Below are positions 47,752-63,164 of a stretch of DNA of 64,000 bases, one piece after another. Every line of letters starts with the position of its first letter. Within the stretch, counting starts at the first letter, position 1. The notes under the pieces were generated by a model. The model was not told where the DNA came from. It searched no databases and saw only the letters and a list, made by a program, of their open reading frames with translations. The position numbers were made by a program, and so were the translations under genes. The stretch is from Candidatus Latescibacterota bacterium (GTDB lineage: Bacteria; Latescibacterota; UBA2968; UBA8231). The DNA is taken from contig OY730476.1 in assembly GCA_963422735.1 (NCBI GenBank), forward strand, positions 3,584,001-3,648,000, given 5' to 3'.

Positions 47752-47847
47752 GAGTGGGTGCGGGCGCAGGTCGTAGCGGCTGAGCTTAACTACCGTCCCA
47801 ACGTACCGGATTTGACCTACTGGCCCGATAATTAAAGGAGAAGCAGA

Positions 47848-49086
47848 ATGGGAATTTCAGATCACAATATAAAGGCCCAATTTGCAGCTTTAGCCGAAAT
47901 GCTCTCAGGCCAAGGGATCGAAGTCGAAGAAGTCAAAGTCAAGCTCAAAGCCCAAGAGATCGAGACACCCTCTTGGGGTTATGGCAATTCTGGGACGCGC
48001 TTTGGCGTTTTCAAACAGCCCGGTGCCGCTCGCGACGTCCACGAGCGGCTTTCCGACGCGGCCCAGGTACATAAGATGACGGGTGTCTGTCCCGGCGTGG
48101 CTTTACACATCCCTTGGGATAAAGTAGATGACTACGACGCCCTGCGGCAAGAAGCGACGGAGTTGGGGGTGTACATTGGGGCAATCAATCCCAATGTCTT
48201 TCAAGAGCCTGAATACAAATTGGGCAGTTTCGGCCATCGGGATCCGGCCGTGCGTCGCAAGGCCCTTGATCACATGCATGAGTGCGTGGAGATTATGCAG
48301 CAGACAGGGTCTACAGTCCTGAGCCTTTGGTTTGCCGACGGTACGAACTACCCGGGCCAAGACGATATCATCGAGCGCAAGCGGCGATTTGAAGAATGTC
48401 TGAGGGAGACTCACGAAGTGCTGCCCGAAGGAAAGCGGATGCTCATTGAGTACAAATTCTTTGAGCCGGCGTTTTACCATACTGACATTGCCGACTGGGG
48501 TATGGCGCTAAATTTCGCCATTAAGGCCGGACCGAAGGCCGAAGTGCTGGTCGATCTAGGGCACCATCCCCTCTCCACCAATATTGAGCACCTAGTGGCC
48601 TTACTCCTCGACGAGGGGCGGATGGGCGGTTTTCACTTCAACAACCGCAAATACGCCGATGACGATGTGACGACCGGATCGGTCAACCTCTACGAGGTCT
48701 TCCTGATTTACCACGAGATCCTCAACGCTGAGCAGCGCGGTTCCGCAGCGGCTAATATCGCCTACATGATCGACCAAAGCCATATTATCAAGCCCAAAGT
48801 CGAGGCGATGATCCAGTCTCTACTCAATATCCAGACGGCCTATGCCCGTGCATTGCTAGTCGACCGTACGGCACTAGCTGAGGCCCAGGCGGAGGACGAC
48901 GTAGTGGCATGCGAAGAAATCTTGCGCAATGCCTATGACACTGATGTGCGCCCCTTGCTGGCTCTTGTCCGCCAAGAACTGGGGGCCGAAGCCGATCCCC
49001 TAGTTGCCTATCGCCGCAGCGGTTACTTCGAGCGCATTGCCATAGAAAGGCAGGGCGAATTGAAGGGTGCCGCTAGCTGGGGTTGA
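47848..49086 (+). CDS. rhaI: L-rhamnose isomerase (RhaI type)
   Basis: [58 protein letters not shown]. Confidence 0.88.
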   Translation: MGISDHNIKAQFAALAEMLSGQGIEVEEVKVKLKAQEIETPSWGYGNSGTRFGVFKQPGAARDVHERLSDAAQVHKMTGVCPGVALHIPWDKVDDYDALRQEATELGVYIGAINPNVFQEPEYKLGSFGHRDPAVRRKALDHMHECVEIMQQTGSTVLSLWFADGTNYPGQDDIIERKRRFEECLRETHEVLPEGKRMLIEYKFFEPAFYHTDIADWGMALNFAIKAGPKAEVLVDLGHHPLSTNIEHLVALLLDEGRMGGFHFNNRKYADDDVTTGSVNLYEVFLIYHEILNAEQRGSAAANIAYMIDQSHIIKPKVEAMIQSLLNIQTAYARALLVDRTALAEAQAEDDVVACEEILRNAYDTDVRPLLALVRQELGAEADPLVAYRRSGYFERIAIERQGELKGAASWG

Positions 49087-49139
49087 TATGGGAGTGTTGT
49101 GTCGGTTCTATCTTTTGCGTCGATATTTTGTCTTCTCTC

Positions 49140-49211
49140 TTGACAGAGGAAGAATTAGATACTATTTTTCAATGTTACGCTCGATACCTGAGCGATATTG
49201 ATCTTTGAAAA
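49140..49211 (+). promoter_or_regulatory. rRNA operon promoter and boxA-like element
   Basis: TTGACA-17 nt-TATTTT; TGATCTTTGAAAA at 49199; second boxA TGCTCTTTGACAA at 51022. Confidence 0.6.
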
Positions 49212-49280
49212 TCGAATAACGTACATGAGGGTCCAGCGTCGAAGAGCTTGGATTTGCAAAAAGTAGTATATCAAATCTTT

Positions 49281-50845
<1,565 letters not shown>

Positions 50846-50933
50846 GGATTATTGGGAGCTTGACTCCCGACATTATCCGCCTAGGTCAATGTTTTACTCT
50901 TTGACATGCCCTCATGTGCGTTATTCGATTTTC

Positions 50934-51010
<77 letters not shown>

Positions 51011-51155
51011 TTCAGGCTTTTTGCTCTTTGACAATCGAATACAGGTTCACACCAATTTAAGTAATCTAAGGTTTACCGAGTGGAAGCACGTTATGTGCTT
51101 ACTGCTCGAGACACCGTGATGCATTACCTCTAGTAGTGTTGTGACAGTGATTTTT

Positions 51156-54178
<3,023 letters not shown>

Positions 54179-54260
54179 AATTTATTGTCGCAGCAATACT
54201 GGAGTTTTGCATCGCTTTTGGTGTGAGCCTGTATTCGGTTGTTGAAGAGAATTTGATTTT

Positions 54261-54376
54261 TCCGGTGGTTATAGCGGAGGGGCAACACCTCTTCCCATTC
54301 CGAACAGAGCCGTTAAGCCCTCTTGCGCCGATGGTACTGCTGGGGTCGCCTAGTGGGAGAGTAGGACGCTGCCGGA
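54261..54376 (+). rRNA. rrf: 5S rRNA
   Basis: TCCGGTGG...CCCATTCCGAAC...GGGAGAGTAGG...GCCGGA. Confidence 0.95.
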
Positions 54377-54384
54377 TTTTTTTG

Positions 54385-54414
54385 AAGCCCATCCCTTTAG
54401 GGGTGGGCTTTTTT
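54385..54414 (+). terminator. rRNA operon terminator
   Basis: AAGCCCATCCC-ttta-GGGGTGGGCTT-TTTT. Confidence 0.85.
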
Positions 54415-54492
54415 GTGTCTTATGGAAATACCTTGACAACGCCAATGTGGGCCAATTAATTAAGCACTTCTCTTAATTCAGGAGGGGTCAAA

Positions 54493-56562
54493 TTGAGCGA
54501 ACGAACGAGGAATTTTTCTCTGTGTGGCCATAGCGGCGCGGGTAAAACAGCACTGTCGGAGGCAATATTATTCAACATGGGCGTCGTAAACCGCTTGGGA
54601 CGCATTGATGACGGGACGACGACATCAGATTGCGATTCGGCCGAGATTGAGCGCCAGATTTCGCTCAAGGTCTCTTTGCTAAATGGCCAGTGGCGGGATC
54701 ATCGCCTCAACCTAATGGATACGCCGGGCTATGCAGACTTCATCTCCGAGGCCAAGGCGGCGCTGCGCGTGTCCGACGCGGCAGTCTCTGTCGTCGATTC
54801 GGTTACCGGAGTGGAGATCGGCACCGAGCGGACTTGGAATTTTGCTGCTGATTACAATTTGCCCCGGGTGTTACTCATCAATAAGATGGATCGCGCCGAT
54901 GCCGACGCCGGTCAGATCCTAGAAATGGTTCAAGAGCGTTTCGGGCGCCAAGTCGTGCCTTTGCAAATGGCGGTAAACCCCGGTGAGGGATTCAACCATA
55001 TTGTCGATTTGGTTACCATGAAAGCCTATGCGTACCAAGATGGTAAGGCCGCTGAAGGAGACATACCTGACGAGATCCAGAGCCGCGCTGAAGAGTTGCG
55101 CGAGCAGCTAGTGGAATCCATCGCCGAGACCGACGAAGAATTGATGGAGAAGTATTTCAGCGAGGGCGAATTGACCCCAGAGGATATAGTTGCTGGTTTG
55201 CGCCAGGCCATGTTACGGCTCGAAATTTTTCCGGTCTTTTTCGGAGATGCCTACAACAATGTCGGCATAGATCGGCTGCTCGACGCCTTAGTGCAATACG
55301 GGCCGTCGCCGGTCGAGGCTGCAGGACTCAGATTCGAGGATGGTGAGGGACAGGAAGTTGAGCTTGCAGGTACCGCTACTGAGTCCTTGGCTGCTTTAGT
55401 GTTCAAGACCTTGGCCGAGCAGCACGTAGGTGAGCTTTCTCTGCTGCGCCTCTTCTCTGGAGCGCTCAAGCCCGGCGATGAAGTGGCCAACTCAAGCAAT
55501 CGCACGACCGAGCGCATTGGTCAGATCTATCACCTCAACGGCAACAGGCGGACCGAAGTCGAAAGTGCCGAGGCTGGCGATATCGTCGCCTTAGTCAAAC
55601 TCAAGGACACCCATACGACCGATACGCTTTGCGCCAAGGGCGAGTTGCTACAACTTCCGGGCATTGAATTCCCCGAGCCGCTAATTCGCGTGGCTATTCA
55701 CGCCAAGGAGCAGGGCGGCGAGGAGCGTATGGCCACCGGGCTTTCCCAGTTGCACCAGGAAGATCCAAGCTTCATCATGAAATACGATGGCGAGGTCAGC
55801 CAAACGATCCTCCTTGCCCAAGGCGAGTTACATCTGGAAACTATCATTAGCCGCCTGAAAGAGCGCTTTAGCGTGGAGATCGATATGGAGGTGCCGCGGA
55901 TTCCTTATCGAGAAACGATCCGCGGCAACGCCGATGCGCAGTACCGGCACAAGAAACAGTCGGGCGGACGGGGGCAGTTTGGCGAAGTGTTTCTGCGCAT
56001 TGCTCCCAAGGGGCGGGGTGAAGGTTTTGAGTTTCTCAATAAGGTCGTCGGCGGCAATATCCCGAGCAACTTCATCCCTGCGGTGGAAAAGGGCATTGTC
56101 GAGACGCTGAGCCAAGGCCCAGTGGCCGGTTACCAAGTCATTGATGTGGCTGTTACCGTGTACGACGGTAAGCACCACCCGGTGGACTCAGACGAGGTTT
56201 CTTTTAAGTTGGCCAGCTCTCACGCTTTTAGGGATGCCTTCCTCAAAGCCAAACCGATCCTGCTAGAACCTATCTACCATCTGGAGATTACGGTGCCCGA
56301 GGAGTTTATGGGCGACGTAATGGGCGATCTCTCGTCGCGGCGGGGTCGGATCAGCGGTATGGACACAGCCGGCCATTTCCAGGTCATCCACGCCGAGGCC
56401 CCCTTAGCCGAAATAGACCGTTACGCGACGTTGCTGCGCTCAATGACGCAGGGCAAGGGATTCCACGCGCAGAGATTCGACCGCTACGAGGACGTACCCG
56501 GGGATATCATGGCTAAAATCATCGATGATTCGCAGAAGAATAAGGGAAGAGAAGCGGCGTAA
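54493..56562 (+). CDS. fusA: Elongation factor G paralogue (EF-G2-like)
   Basis: GHSGAGKT, DTPGYADF, NKMD, KKQSGGRGQF; divergent G2 motif ERQISL; not in the str operon. Confidence 0.88.
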   Translation: MSERTRNFSLCGHSGAGKTALSEAILFNMGVVNRLGRIDDGTTTSDCDSAEIERQISLKVSLLNGQWRDHRLNLMDTPGYADFISEAKAALRVSDAAVSVVDSVTGVEIGTERTWNFAADYNLPRVLLINKMDRADADAGQILEMVQERFGRQVVPLQMAVNPGEGFNHIVDLVTMKAYAYQDGKAAEGDIPDEIQSRAEELREQLVESIAETDEELMEKYFSEGELTPEDIVAGLRQAMLRLEIFPVFFGDAYNNVGIDRLLDALVQYGPSPVEAAGLRFEDGEGQEVELAGTATESLAALVFKTLAEQHVGELSLLRLFSGALKPGDEVANSSNRTTERIGQIYHLNGNRRTEVESAEAGDIVALVKLKDTHTTDTLCAKGELLQLPGIEFPEPLIRVAIHAKEQGGEERMATGLSQLHQEDPSFIMKYDGEVSQTILLAQGELHLETIISRLKERFSVEIDMEVPRIPYRETIRGNADAQYRHKKQSGGRGQFGEVFLRIAPKGRGEGFEFLNKVVGGNIPSNFIPAVEKGIVETLSQGPVAGYQVIDVAVTVYDGKHHPVDSDEVSFKLASSHAFRDAFLKAKPILLEPIYHLEITVPEEFMGDVMGDLSSRRGRISGMDTAGHFQVIHAEAPLAEIDRYATLLRSMTQGKGFHAQRFDRYEDVPGDIMAKIIDDSQKNKGREAA

Positions 56563-56585
56563 GCAGCTTGCTTTCACTCGTTGTG

Positions 56586-56625
56586 AAGGGCTGTCGGCCA
56601 AGTGGTCGGCGGCCCTTTGCTTTTT
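56586..56625 (+). terminator. Probable intrinsic terminator
   Basis: AAGGGCTGTCGGCC...GGTCGGCGGCCCTT-TGCTTTTT. Confidence 0.7.
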
Positions 56626-56742
56626 GGATTGCGTGGATTTTTTTATCTTAATATCGTCATATAAAACGGCCGATTTTCCCCGAGCAATGCTTCTGCTTTG
56701 ACAGAGGAAGTGAGTGCGGGAATTAGCAAGGAGATAAAGCCG

Positions 56743-57501
56743 ATGTCCGGCCACTCCAAATGGAGTACGATCAAGCGCAAAAAAGGTGCTAACGACGCCA
56801 AGCGCGGCAAGATATTTACGAAGTTGATCCGCGAGCTTTCAGTGGCCGCCCGCAGCGGAGGTGATGAGGAGACCAACCCGAGTTTGCGCACTGCAGTCCA
56901 GAATGCCAGAGCGGCCAATATGCCCGCGGCAACAATTGAGCGTGCCATACGCCGCGGCACCGGCGACGAGCCGGGGGCGGTGTACGAGGAATGCCTCTTT
57001 GAAGGCTATGGACTCGGTGGGGTGGCCATCATAGTCGAAGCCCTGTCGGACAACCGCAACCGCACGGTTTCCGAAATCCGCCACGTATTCACTAAGTACA
57101 ACGGCAACCTCGCAGAGAGTGGGGCGGTAGCTTGGATGTTTGAACACAAGGGCATTATCGAAGTGGACAAGGCCAATGTTTCCGAAGACGATCTCCTGCT
57201 GGCGGTCGTAGATGCGGGGGGCGAGGATATCCAGGACGGCGACCAAGTCCACGAAGTGATGACTCCAAGCACCGACTTGGAGCCAGTTAAAAAGGCACTG
57301 GAGGATAACGGCATTGCCTTCGCCCAAGCGACGTTGGCTTGGATGCCCAAACGCGAAAATGTGCTCGAAGTACAAGGCGAAGATGCCGAGAAAATCATCC
57401 GCCTCCTCGAGGCCTTGGAGGATTTAGACGATGTACAGAAGGTCTTTTCCAATTTCGATCTCCGAGAAGACGAGTTCGAAAAACTTATAGCTCAGGCCTA
57501 G
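56743..57501 (+). CDS. yebC: YebC/PmpR family protein
   Basis: MSGHSKWSTIKRKKG, EGYG.GG, DN.NRT, LEDLDDVQKVFSN; AAGGAG RBS before ATG 56743. Confidence 0.95.
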   Translation: MSGHSKWSTIKRKKGANDAKRGKIFTKLIRELSVAARSGGDEETNPSLRTAVQNARAANMPAATIERAIRRGTGDEPGAVYEECLFEGYGLGGVAIIVEALSDNRNRTVSEIRHVFTKYNGNLAESGAVAWMFEHKGIIEVDKANVSEDDLLLAVVDAGGEDIQDGDQVHEVMTPSTDLEPVKKALEDNGIAFAQATLAWMPKRENVLEVQGEDAEKIIRLLEALEDLDDVQKVFSNFDLREDEFEKLIAQA

Positions 57502-57513
57502 TGGGTCTTCGCT

Positions 57514-58053
57514 TTGCTTGTTCTTGGAGTAGATCCTAGCAGCACGAGCACTGGCTACGGCTTAGTCGAATATAGCAAGCGCAAGGCCCGCTATGTTGCC
57601 TGCGGCTGCATCCGCCCTAGGGAAGGTGAGTTTGAGGATCGGCTGGTTTACATGTTCGACGAGATGACGCGGCTCATCGGCGAATACGCCCCAGACGAGG
57701 GCGCGATCGAAACCACGTTCTATGGCAAGGACGCCGCAGCGGTGGCCAAGCTGGGCCAAGCGAGAGGTGGCCTGATCATCGCCATGCGCAAAGCGGGCTT
57801 GCCCATTGCTCACTATACGCCGACGACGGTTAAAAGGTCGGTGACCGGGAATGGCCAAGCGACCAAGCAACAGGTCCAGTTCATGGTGGCCAGCAACTTG
57901 GGTCTGAAGGGACGGCCCAAGCCCCTTGATGCATCAGACGCCTTGGCCATTGCGCTATGCCACACCCAGCAGTCCGGCCGGGTTGTATGCGAAGGCCAAG
58001 GGCAGCGCAAGCCCGAGATAGAGGCCTTGCTCAATCGCATGGTCCGGCGTTAG
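57514..58053 (+). CDS. ruvC: Holliday junction resolvase
   Basis: LGVDP, AIE, LGQARG, KRSVTGNGQATKQQV, DASDALAIA. Confidence 0.94.
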   Translation: MLVLGVDPSSTSTGYGLVEYSKRKARYVACGCIRPREGEFEDRLVYMFDEMTRLIGEYAPDEGAIETTFYGKDAAAVAKLGQARGGLIIAMRKAGLPIAHYTPTTVKRSVTGNGQATKQQVQFMVASNLGLKGRPKPLDASDALAIALCHTQQSGRVVCEGQGQRKPEIEALLNRMVRR

Positions 58054-58061
58054 GTATATCC

Positions 58062-58652
58062 GTGATCACACACCTGCGCGGAACACTCCTGTCCAAATCA
58101 CCTACCCATGCCGTCGTCGACGTCGGGGGCGTGGGGTATGGCTTGGCCATATCCCTGATAACTTTCGACCAACTACCCCCAGCCGCTGAGGCGGTTCATT
58201 TATCTACCTACCTTTACGTGCGCGAAGACCGCATGGAGCTTTTCGGCTTTGCCGATGAGGAAGAGCGAGAGGTCTTCGAGTTGCTAATCGGCGTTTCGGG
58301 CATTGGCCCTCATTCGGCGCTAACCGTGCTGTCGGGCACGACCTTGAGCGACTTGCAGGAGGCCATCTTGCAGGAGCGCGTAGCCGAACTGACGGCGATC
58401 AAGGGCATTGGTCGCAAGACCGCGGAACGCTTGGTGCTCGATCTAAAGGATAAGGTCCGCTTGAGTGCCCCAGCGACCGGCGAAGCGGCCTTGGCGGCCC
58501 ATGCTGGCGCGAGCGAGGAGGCGGCAAAGGCACTGATGACGCTGGGATACGCAGCACCTGCCGCTCGCCAAGCGGTGCGCAAGGCCATCGAAAAGCACGG
58601 CACCGACCTGAGTGTACAACAGCTAATCAAACTAGCCCTCAAGGAGCGCTGA
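58062..58652 (+). CDS. ruvA: Holliday junction branch migration protein
   Basis: GTG start 58062; DVGGVGY, VRED..ELFGF, VSGIGP, KGIGRKTAERL. Confidence 0.94.
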   Translation: MITHLRGTLLSKSPTHAVVDVGGVGYGLAISLITFDQLPPAAEAVHLSTYLYVREDRMELFGFADEEEREVFELLIGVSGIGPHSALTVLSGTTLSDLQEAILQERVAELTAIKGIGRKTAERLVLDLKDKVRLSAPATGEAALAAHAGASEEAAKALMTLGYAAPAARQAVRKAIEKHGTDLSVQQLIKLALKER

Positions 58653-58662
58653 AGGCTCGGCT

Positions 58663-59688
58663 ATGGACCATCGACCAATAGATCCTAATAGCGGAGATGC
58701 CGACCTTCAGTTCGACAATACGCTGCGTCCTCAGTCCCTTGCCGAGATGCTGGGCCAAGAGAAGACCAAGCAGCAGCTAGGCATTGCCATTGAAGCCGCT
58801 CGGCAGCGCGGCGAGGCCATGGATCACGTGTTGCTGTACGGTCCGCCCGGTCTGGGCAAGACGACGCTTTCGTATGTGATCGCCAAAGAGTTGGGCGTTG
58901 AAATCTATCCTACTTCAGGGCCTTTGCTTGAGCGTCCGAGCGACTTGGCTGGCATGCTCACGACCATGGAGCCACGCGATGTGCTCTTCGTCGACGAGAT
59001 TCACCGCGTCAACCGCGTGGTCGAGGAATACCTGTACTCGGCGATGGAGGACTTCAAAATTGACATCATAATCGACCAAGGCCCGGCGGCCCGCTCGGTC
59101 AGCGTCCCGCTGGAACCTTTCACTTTAGTAGGGGCCACGACGCGCCAGGGCCTGTTGACTTCGCCGATGCGCTCTCGCTTTGGGCTTAATGCCCACCTCG
59201 ACTACTACTCGGTCGCCGAACTCGCTGAGATCGTCAAGCGCGACGCTCGTCTGCTGAATTTATTGGTTTCAGAATCGGGCGCGATGGAAATTGCCCGTCG
59301 ATCCCGCGGTACGGCGCGGATTGCCAAGCGCTGGTTGCGCCGTGCGCGCGATTTTGCCCAAGTGGAAGGCGAAGGCGAGATCAATGCCGAGGTGGTGCAA
59401 AAGGCACTCATCATCCACAGCGTTGACGAGATGGGGCTCGACGAGATGGATATCGCGTTGCTGCGGGCCATTATCGAAAAATTCAACGGCGGTCCGGTCG
59501 GCGTGAGCAATCTGGCGGCCATAATCGGCGAGGAGGCCGAGACACTCGAGGAAGTGGTCGAGCCGTACTTGATCAAGGAGGGGTTTATCAAGCGCACCCC
59601 CAAGGGCCGCGTGGCCATGCCGCGAGCTTGGGATCGCCTCGGCCTCGAGCCACCACCAAGCCCGGGCAATCAATTGGAGCTTCTATGA
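58663..59688 (+). CDS. ruvB: Holliday junction helicase
   Basis: LRP, GPPGLGKTT, DEIHR, GATTR, GGPVG, EPYL, RTPKGR. Confidence 0.95.
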   Translation: MDHRPIDPNSGDADLQFDNTLRPQSLAEMLGQEKTKQQLGIAIEAARQRGEAMDHVLLYGPPGLGKTTLSYVIAKELGVEIYPTSGPLLERPSDLAGMLTTMEPRDVLFVDEIHRVNRVVEEYLYSAMEDFKIDIIIDQGPAARSVSVPLEPFTLVGATTRQGLLTSPMRSRFGLNAHLDYYSVAELAEIVKRDARLLNLLVSESGAMEIARRSRGTARIAKRWLRRARDFAQVEGEGEINAEVVQKALIIHSVDEMGLDEMDIALLRAIIEKFNGGPVGVSNLAAIIGEEAETLEEVVEPYLIKEGFIKRTPKGRVAMPRAWDRLGLEPPPSPGNQLELL

Positions 59689-60383
59689 GCGCGCACGGCC
59701 GCAGCGTGATTCTGGCGTTGGATACGGCTACTCCGGTCGGTAGCGTGGCGCTCTGCGCGGCAGAAAGGATCGTCGTCAGCCGCTATTTCGATGTGGGATT
59801 GCAGCATTCACAGCGGCTGTTCAGCGAGGTGGAGGCAGCACTAGAGGCCGCAGACATGGATGTCGGGGAAGTACGGGCCGTAGCCGTCGCGATTGGGCCG
59901 GGGTCGTTTACTGGCCTGCGGATCGGGCTAAGCGCAGCTAAGGGCTTGTGTTTGGCCGCGGCCAAGGATCTAGTGACCGTCTCAACGCTGGAAGCACTGG
60001 CTGCCCGTCTGCCCTTTGCTTGCCTGCCCGTCTGCCCGGTCCTCGACGCGCGCAAGCGCGAGGTCTATGCCGCTCTCTACGACACGGCGACGGGCGTTCC
60101 GGTCGAATTGGCATCGCCCCGGGCCATCGCGCCAGCGCATTTGGCCCGAGAGCGGGCTAGCGCGGCGACGATTTACACCGGAGACGGAGCCACGGCCTAT
60201 CGCGATCTGCTTGCGGGCAACTCGGCCGCGCAATTTGCACCCCTGTCCTGTGCCCGTCCCGACGCTGGGACTATTGGCTGGCTGGCGCTGTCCAAGCTAG
60301 AGAGGGGCCAGACTGCGGACTTGGATTCAGTGGAACCCGAGTACTTGCGCTCGCCCGACGCTCGTCCCCTAGCGCGGGCATGA
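59685..60383 (+). CDS. tsaB: t6A modification protein TsaB
   Basis: LALDTAT, HSQRL, GPGSFTGLRIG, DARKREVY, EPEYLR. Confidence 0.93.
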   Translation: MSAHGRSVILALDTATPVGSVALCAAERIVVSRYFDVGLQHSQRLFSEVEAALEAADMDVGEVRAVAVAIGPGSFTGLRIGLSAAKGLCLAAAKDLVTVSTLEALAARLPFACLPVCPVLDARKREVYAALYDTATGVPVELASPRAIAPAHLARERASAATIYTGDGATAYRDLLAGNSAAQFAPLSCARPDAGTIGWLALSKLERGQTADLDSVEPEYLRSPDARPLARA

Positions 60384-60835
60384 GCGGCGAGGGTCGCTTC
60401 GTTCTGCTAGAGCCAATCCACCTACATCGCCTGATGGAGATTGAGCGAGGCTCTTTCGCCAATCCGTGGAGCGAGGCCGATTTTTGCTACTTATTTGCAG
60501 ATAGAGATTCCCTGTGTTTGGGGCTTTTGCACAGCGGCGAACTGATCGGCTACGCGCTGGGTTATTTCGCCGGCCGCGATTTTCACCTCGCTAATCTCGC
60601 GGTGGATCCAGCATGTCGGCACCGAGGGGGGGCTGGGCAGTTGTTGGGGCGGATATTGCGCTTGGCCGCAGAGCAGGGAGCTAGTCGTTGTGCGCTCGAA
60701 GTGCGCTCGGCGAATCGGGCCGCGCGGGTGCTCTATCGCAAGGCGGGATTCCGAACCGTAGGGCGGCGGGCGGCGTACTACAGAGATCCCCCGGACGCCG
60801 CCGTTTTAATGGAGCGCAACATAGAGATTTTGTAA
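60380..60835 (+). CDS. rimI: Ribosomal protein alanine N-acetyltransferase
   Basis: IE..SF..PWS, NLAVDP, LEVR..N..A..LY.K.GF, YY; follows tsaB. Confidence 0.88.
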   Translation: MSGEGRFVLLEPIHLHRLMEIERGSFANPWSEADFCYLFADRDSLCLGLLHSGELIGYALGYFAGRDFHLANLAVDPACRHRGGAGQLLGRILRLAAEQGASRCALEVRSANRAARVLYRKAGFRTVGRRAAYYRDPPDAAVLMERNIEIL

Positions 60836-60906
60836 TTTATTTATTATACTTACGCTCTTTCTCGACAAATAACCGTCAAAGCCTATAACAGTAGAAGAGG
60901 GACGCG

Positions 60907-62016
60907 ATGGCCGAAGTAATTCTGAAAAATATCCGCAAGGTGTACGACAAAGAAGTGGTGGCGGTGGACGACGCCAATATCGAGATCAAGGACAAGGAGT
61001 TCGTGGTACTCGTCGGCCCTTCGGGCTGCGGCAAGTCCACGACACTGCGGATGATTGCCGGGCTTGAGGAAATCACCGCAGGCGAGATTTCGATAGATGG
61101 GACGATCGTCAACGACGTGCCCCCCAAGGACCGCGACATCGCCATGGTCTTCCAGAATTACGCGCTCTACCCGCACATGAGCGTCTATCAAAACATGGCC
61201 TTTGGGCTTAAGCTGCGAAAATATCCCAAAGACGAGATTGAGGCGCGGGTCCAAGAAGCGGCCGATATACTCGGCATCCAAGACTTACTAGAGCGCAAAC
61301 CCAAAGCGCTTTCGGGCGGTCAGCGCCAACGCGTGGCGGTGGGGCGCGCCATCGTCCGCAAGCCCAAGGTATTCCTCTTTGACGAACCGCTCTCCAACCT
61401 CGATGCCAAGTTGAGGGTGCAGATGCGCACCGAGATCAGCAAGTTGCACAACCGCCTAGGGGCTACCATGGTGTACGTGACGCACGACCAAGTCGAGGCC
61501 ATGACTATGGGAGACCGGATCGTGGTCATGCGCGATGGCCTAATCCAGCAGATCGACAAGCCTCTCCATCTCTACAACAAACCCGTCAACCAGTTTGTCG
61601 CCGGCTTTATCGGCAGCCCCTCCATGAACTTCATTCGCGGTACGCTGTCCTCCAACGGCAGCGGTCTAGTCTTCGACGAAGGCAATGTGCAACTGGCTCT
61701 GCCCGTCGGCTACGGCGAGCAGCTAGGCAGCTACTTGGGGCAGGAGGTGACATTGGGCATCCGCCCGGAAGACATCCACGACCCGGATACCATTGGCCGC
61801 AATGTCGAGACCGTCGAAATTGCGGCCAGTGTCGAAGTGGTCGAACCCATGGGCAACGAGGTCTTCCTCAACCTGACCACCGGCAAGACCGCTTTCGTCG
61901 CCCGCGTCGATCCGCTACACATGCCGCAAGTTGACCAAACGGTAAGGTTGGCCGTCGAGATAGACAAAGCCCACTTTTTTGCTCTGGACAACCAAGAGAG
62001 CCTGTTGCAGAAATAG
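60907..62016 (+). CDS. Sugar ABC transporter ATPase (MalK/UgpC/MsiK type), no adjacent permeases
   Basis: [44 protein letters not shown] domain. Confidence 0.92.
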   Translation: MAEVILKNIRKVYDKEVVAVDDANIEIKDKEFVVLVGPSGCGKSTTLRMIAGLEEITAGEISIDGTIVNDVPPKDRDIAMVFQNYALYPHMSVYQNMAFGLKLRKYPKDEIEARVQEAADILGIQDLLERKPKALSGGQRQRVAVGRAIVRKPKVFLFDEPLSNLDAKLRVQMRTEISKLHNRLGATMVYVTHDQVEAMTMGDRIVVMRDGLIQQIDKPLHLYNKPVNQFVAGFIGSPSMNFIRGTLSSNGSGLVFDEGNVQLALPVGYGEQLGSYLGQEVTLGIRPEDIHDPDTIGRNVETVEIAASVEVVEPMGNEVFLNLTTGKTAFVARVDPLHMPQVDQTVRLAVEIDKAHFFALDNQESLLQK

Positions 62017-62024
62017 GGATTGGC

Positions 62025-63164
62025 TTGTACCGCACGGGCGGCACCCCGCATTCCGGGGAGTTTAGCGATCTGGCTCGTCGAGATCGGGCTGGGGCCGTGG
62101 CCGCAGCTTGGCTCGAATCGGGCCGCATCCCTCATGCGGTTCTCATCTGCGGGGCCGAGGGAACCGGCAAACGGCGCTTTGCGCTCGCGTGGGCGAAAGC
62201 CCTGCTGTGCGTTGGTAGTGGCTCCTCCGCCTGCAATCGCTGCCCGAGTTGCCGCAAGGTCGCTTCGCTCATGCATCCCGACCTCCACACCGCATTGCCG
62301 CTACCTCCTCGCCGAGGCAAGCAGAAGTTTTCGCCTGCGGACTTGCGCGAGTCCGTAGTAGAGTACGTCCGCGACGCGAGTGCGGCTCTGCCCAGCAATG
62401 CCAATATCGCGGTTGAGCACCTGCGCCAGTTGCAACGGGAACTGGCGTTTACGCCGACGGAATCCCGGCGCAAAGTTGGCCTGATCTTCGCCGCCGAGCG
62501 GATGCACCCGGCGGGTGCCAATTCGCTGCTCAAGCTCTTGGAGGAGCCGCCGGGCCGGGCCGGCGTCGTGCTGGTTTCGGCGGCACCGGAGCGTCTCCTG
62601 CCTACCGTGCTCTCGCGCTGCCAGCGCATGGTTTTGAGTCCCTTAGATGACACCACCTTGCGGGCGCAGCTCGAACTAGACGGCGTGGCCGGGGAGCGCT
62701 TAGAGCTTGCTGTGCGCATGGGGGCTGGCTCGTTGCAGCAGGCCAAAGAGGTGGCTGCTGGGGCGTTTGACGGAACGCGGCAGTTGGTCGAGTCGTTTCT
62801 TACGGGTGGCTCGGAGCAGCGAGACGAGGTCTATTGGAACGTCCTCGAGGAGTTGGGGGGGGACCGGGGTCAGCTAGAGCGTTTTTTGCAAGTCTGCGGC
62901 CTGTATCTACGGGACCTCTTCCTGTTGGCGCACGGCCGAGACGCGTCCGTCGTCCAGGTAGATCGGCGTCCTTATTTAGAAAACCTGCTAAAGAAAATAG
63001 ACGCTGCCCGAGTCGCCTTGGAAATTGACCGGGCGGCCGAGGCCTTGGGGCACAATGCCAATCCGCAGTTGGTGCTGACCGACCTGTGGCGAGGCTTGCG
63101 CCGCGGGCGGCCAGTGCTGGTGCTCCCACCCGACCCCAGCTTGGCGAGGACGCGGCGTTGGTAA
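62025..63164 (+). CDS. holB: DNA polymerase III delta' subunit
   Basis: RIPHA, GTGK, C..C..C Zn motif, HPD, ANSLLKLLEEP, LLPTVLSRC. Confidence 0.88.
   Translation: MYRTGGTPHSGEFSDLARRDRAGAVAAAWLESGRIPHAVLICGAEGTGKRRFALAWAKALLCVGSGSSACNRCPSCRKVASLMHPDLHTALPLPPRRGKQKFSPADLRESVVEYVRDASAALPSNANIAVEHLRQLQRELAFTPTESRRKVGLIFAAERMHPAGANSLLKLLEEPPGRAGVVLVSAAPERLLPTVLSRCQRMVLSPLDDTTLRAQLELDGVAGERLELAVRMGAGSLQQAKEVAAGAFDGTRQLVESFLTGGSEQRDEVYWNVLEELGGDRGQLERFLQVCGLYLRDLFLLAHGRDASVVQVDRRPYLENLLKKIDAARVALEIDRAAEALGHNANPQLVLTDLWRGLRRGRPVLVLPPDPSLARTRRW

Noticed and set aside
56698-56710. 13-bp match TTGACAGAGGAAG to the rRNA promoter at 49140
   Set aside because: Short and without a convincing -10 box at the right spacing; likely chance
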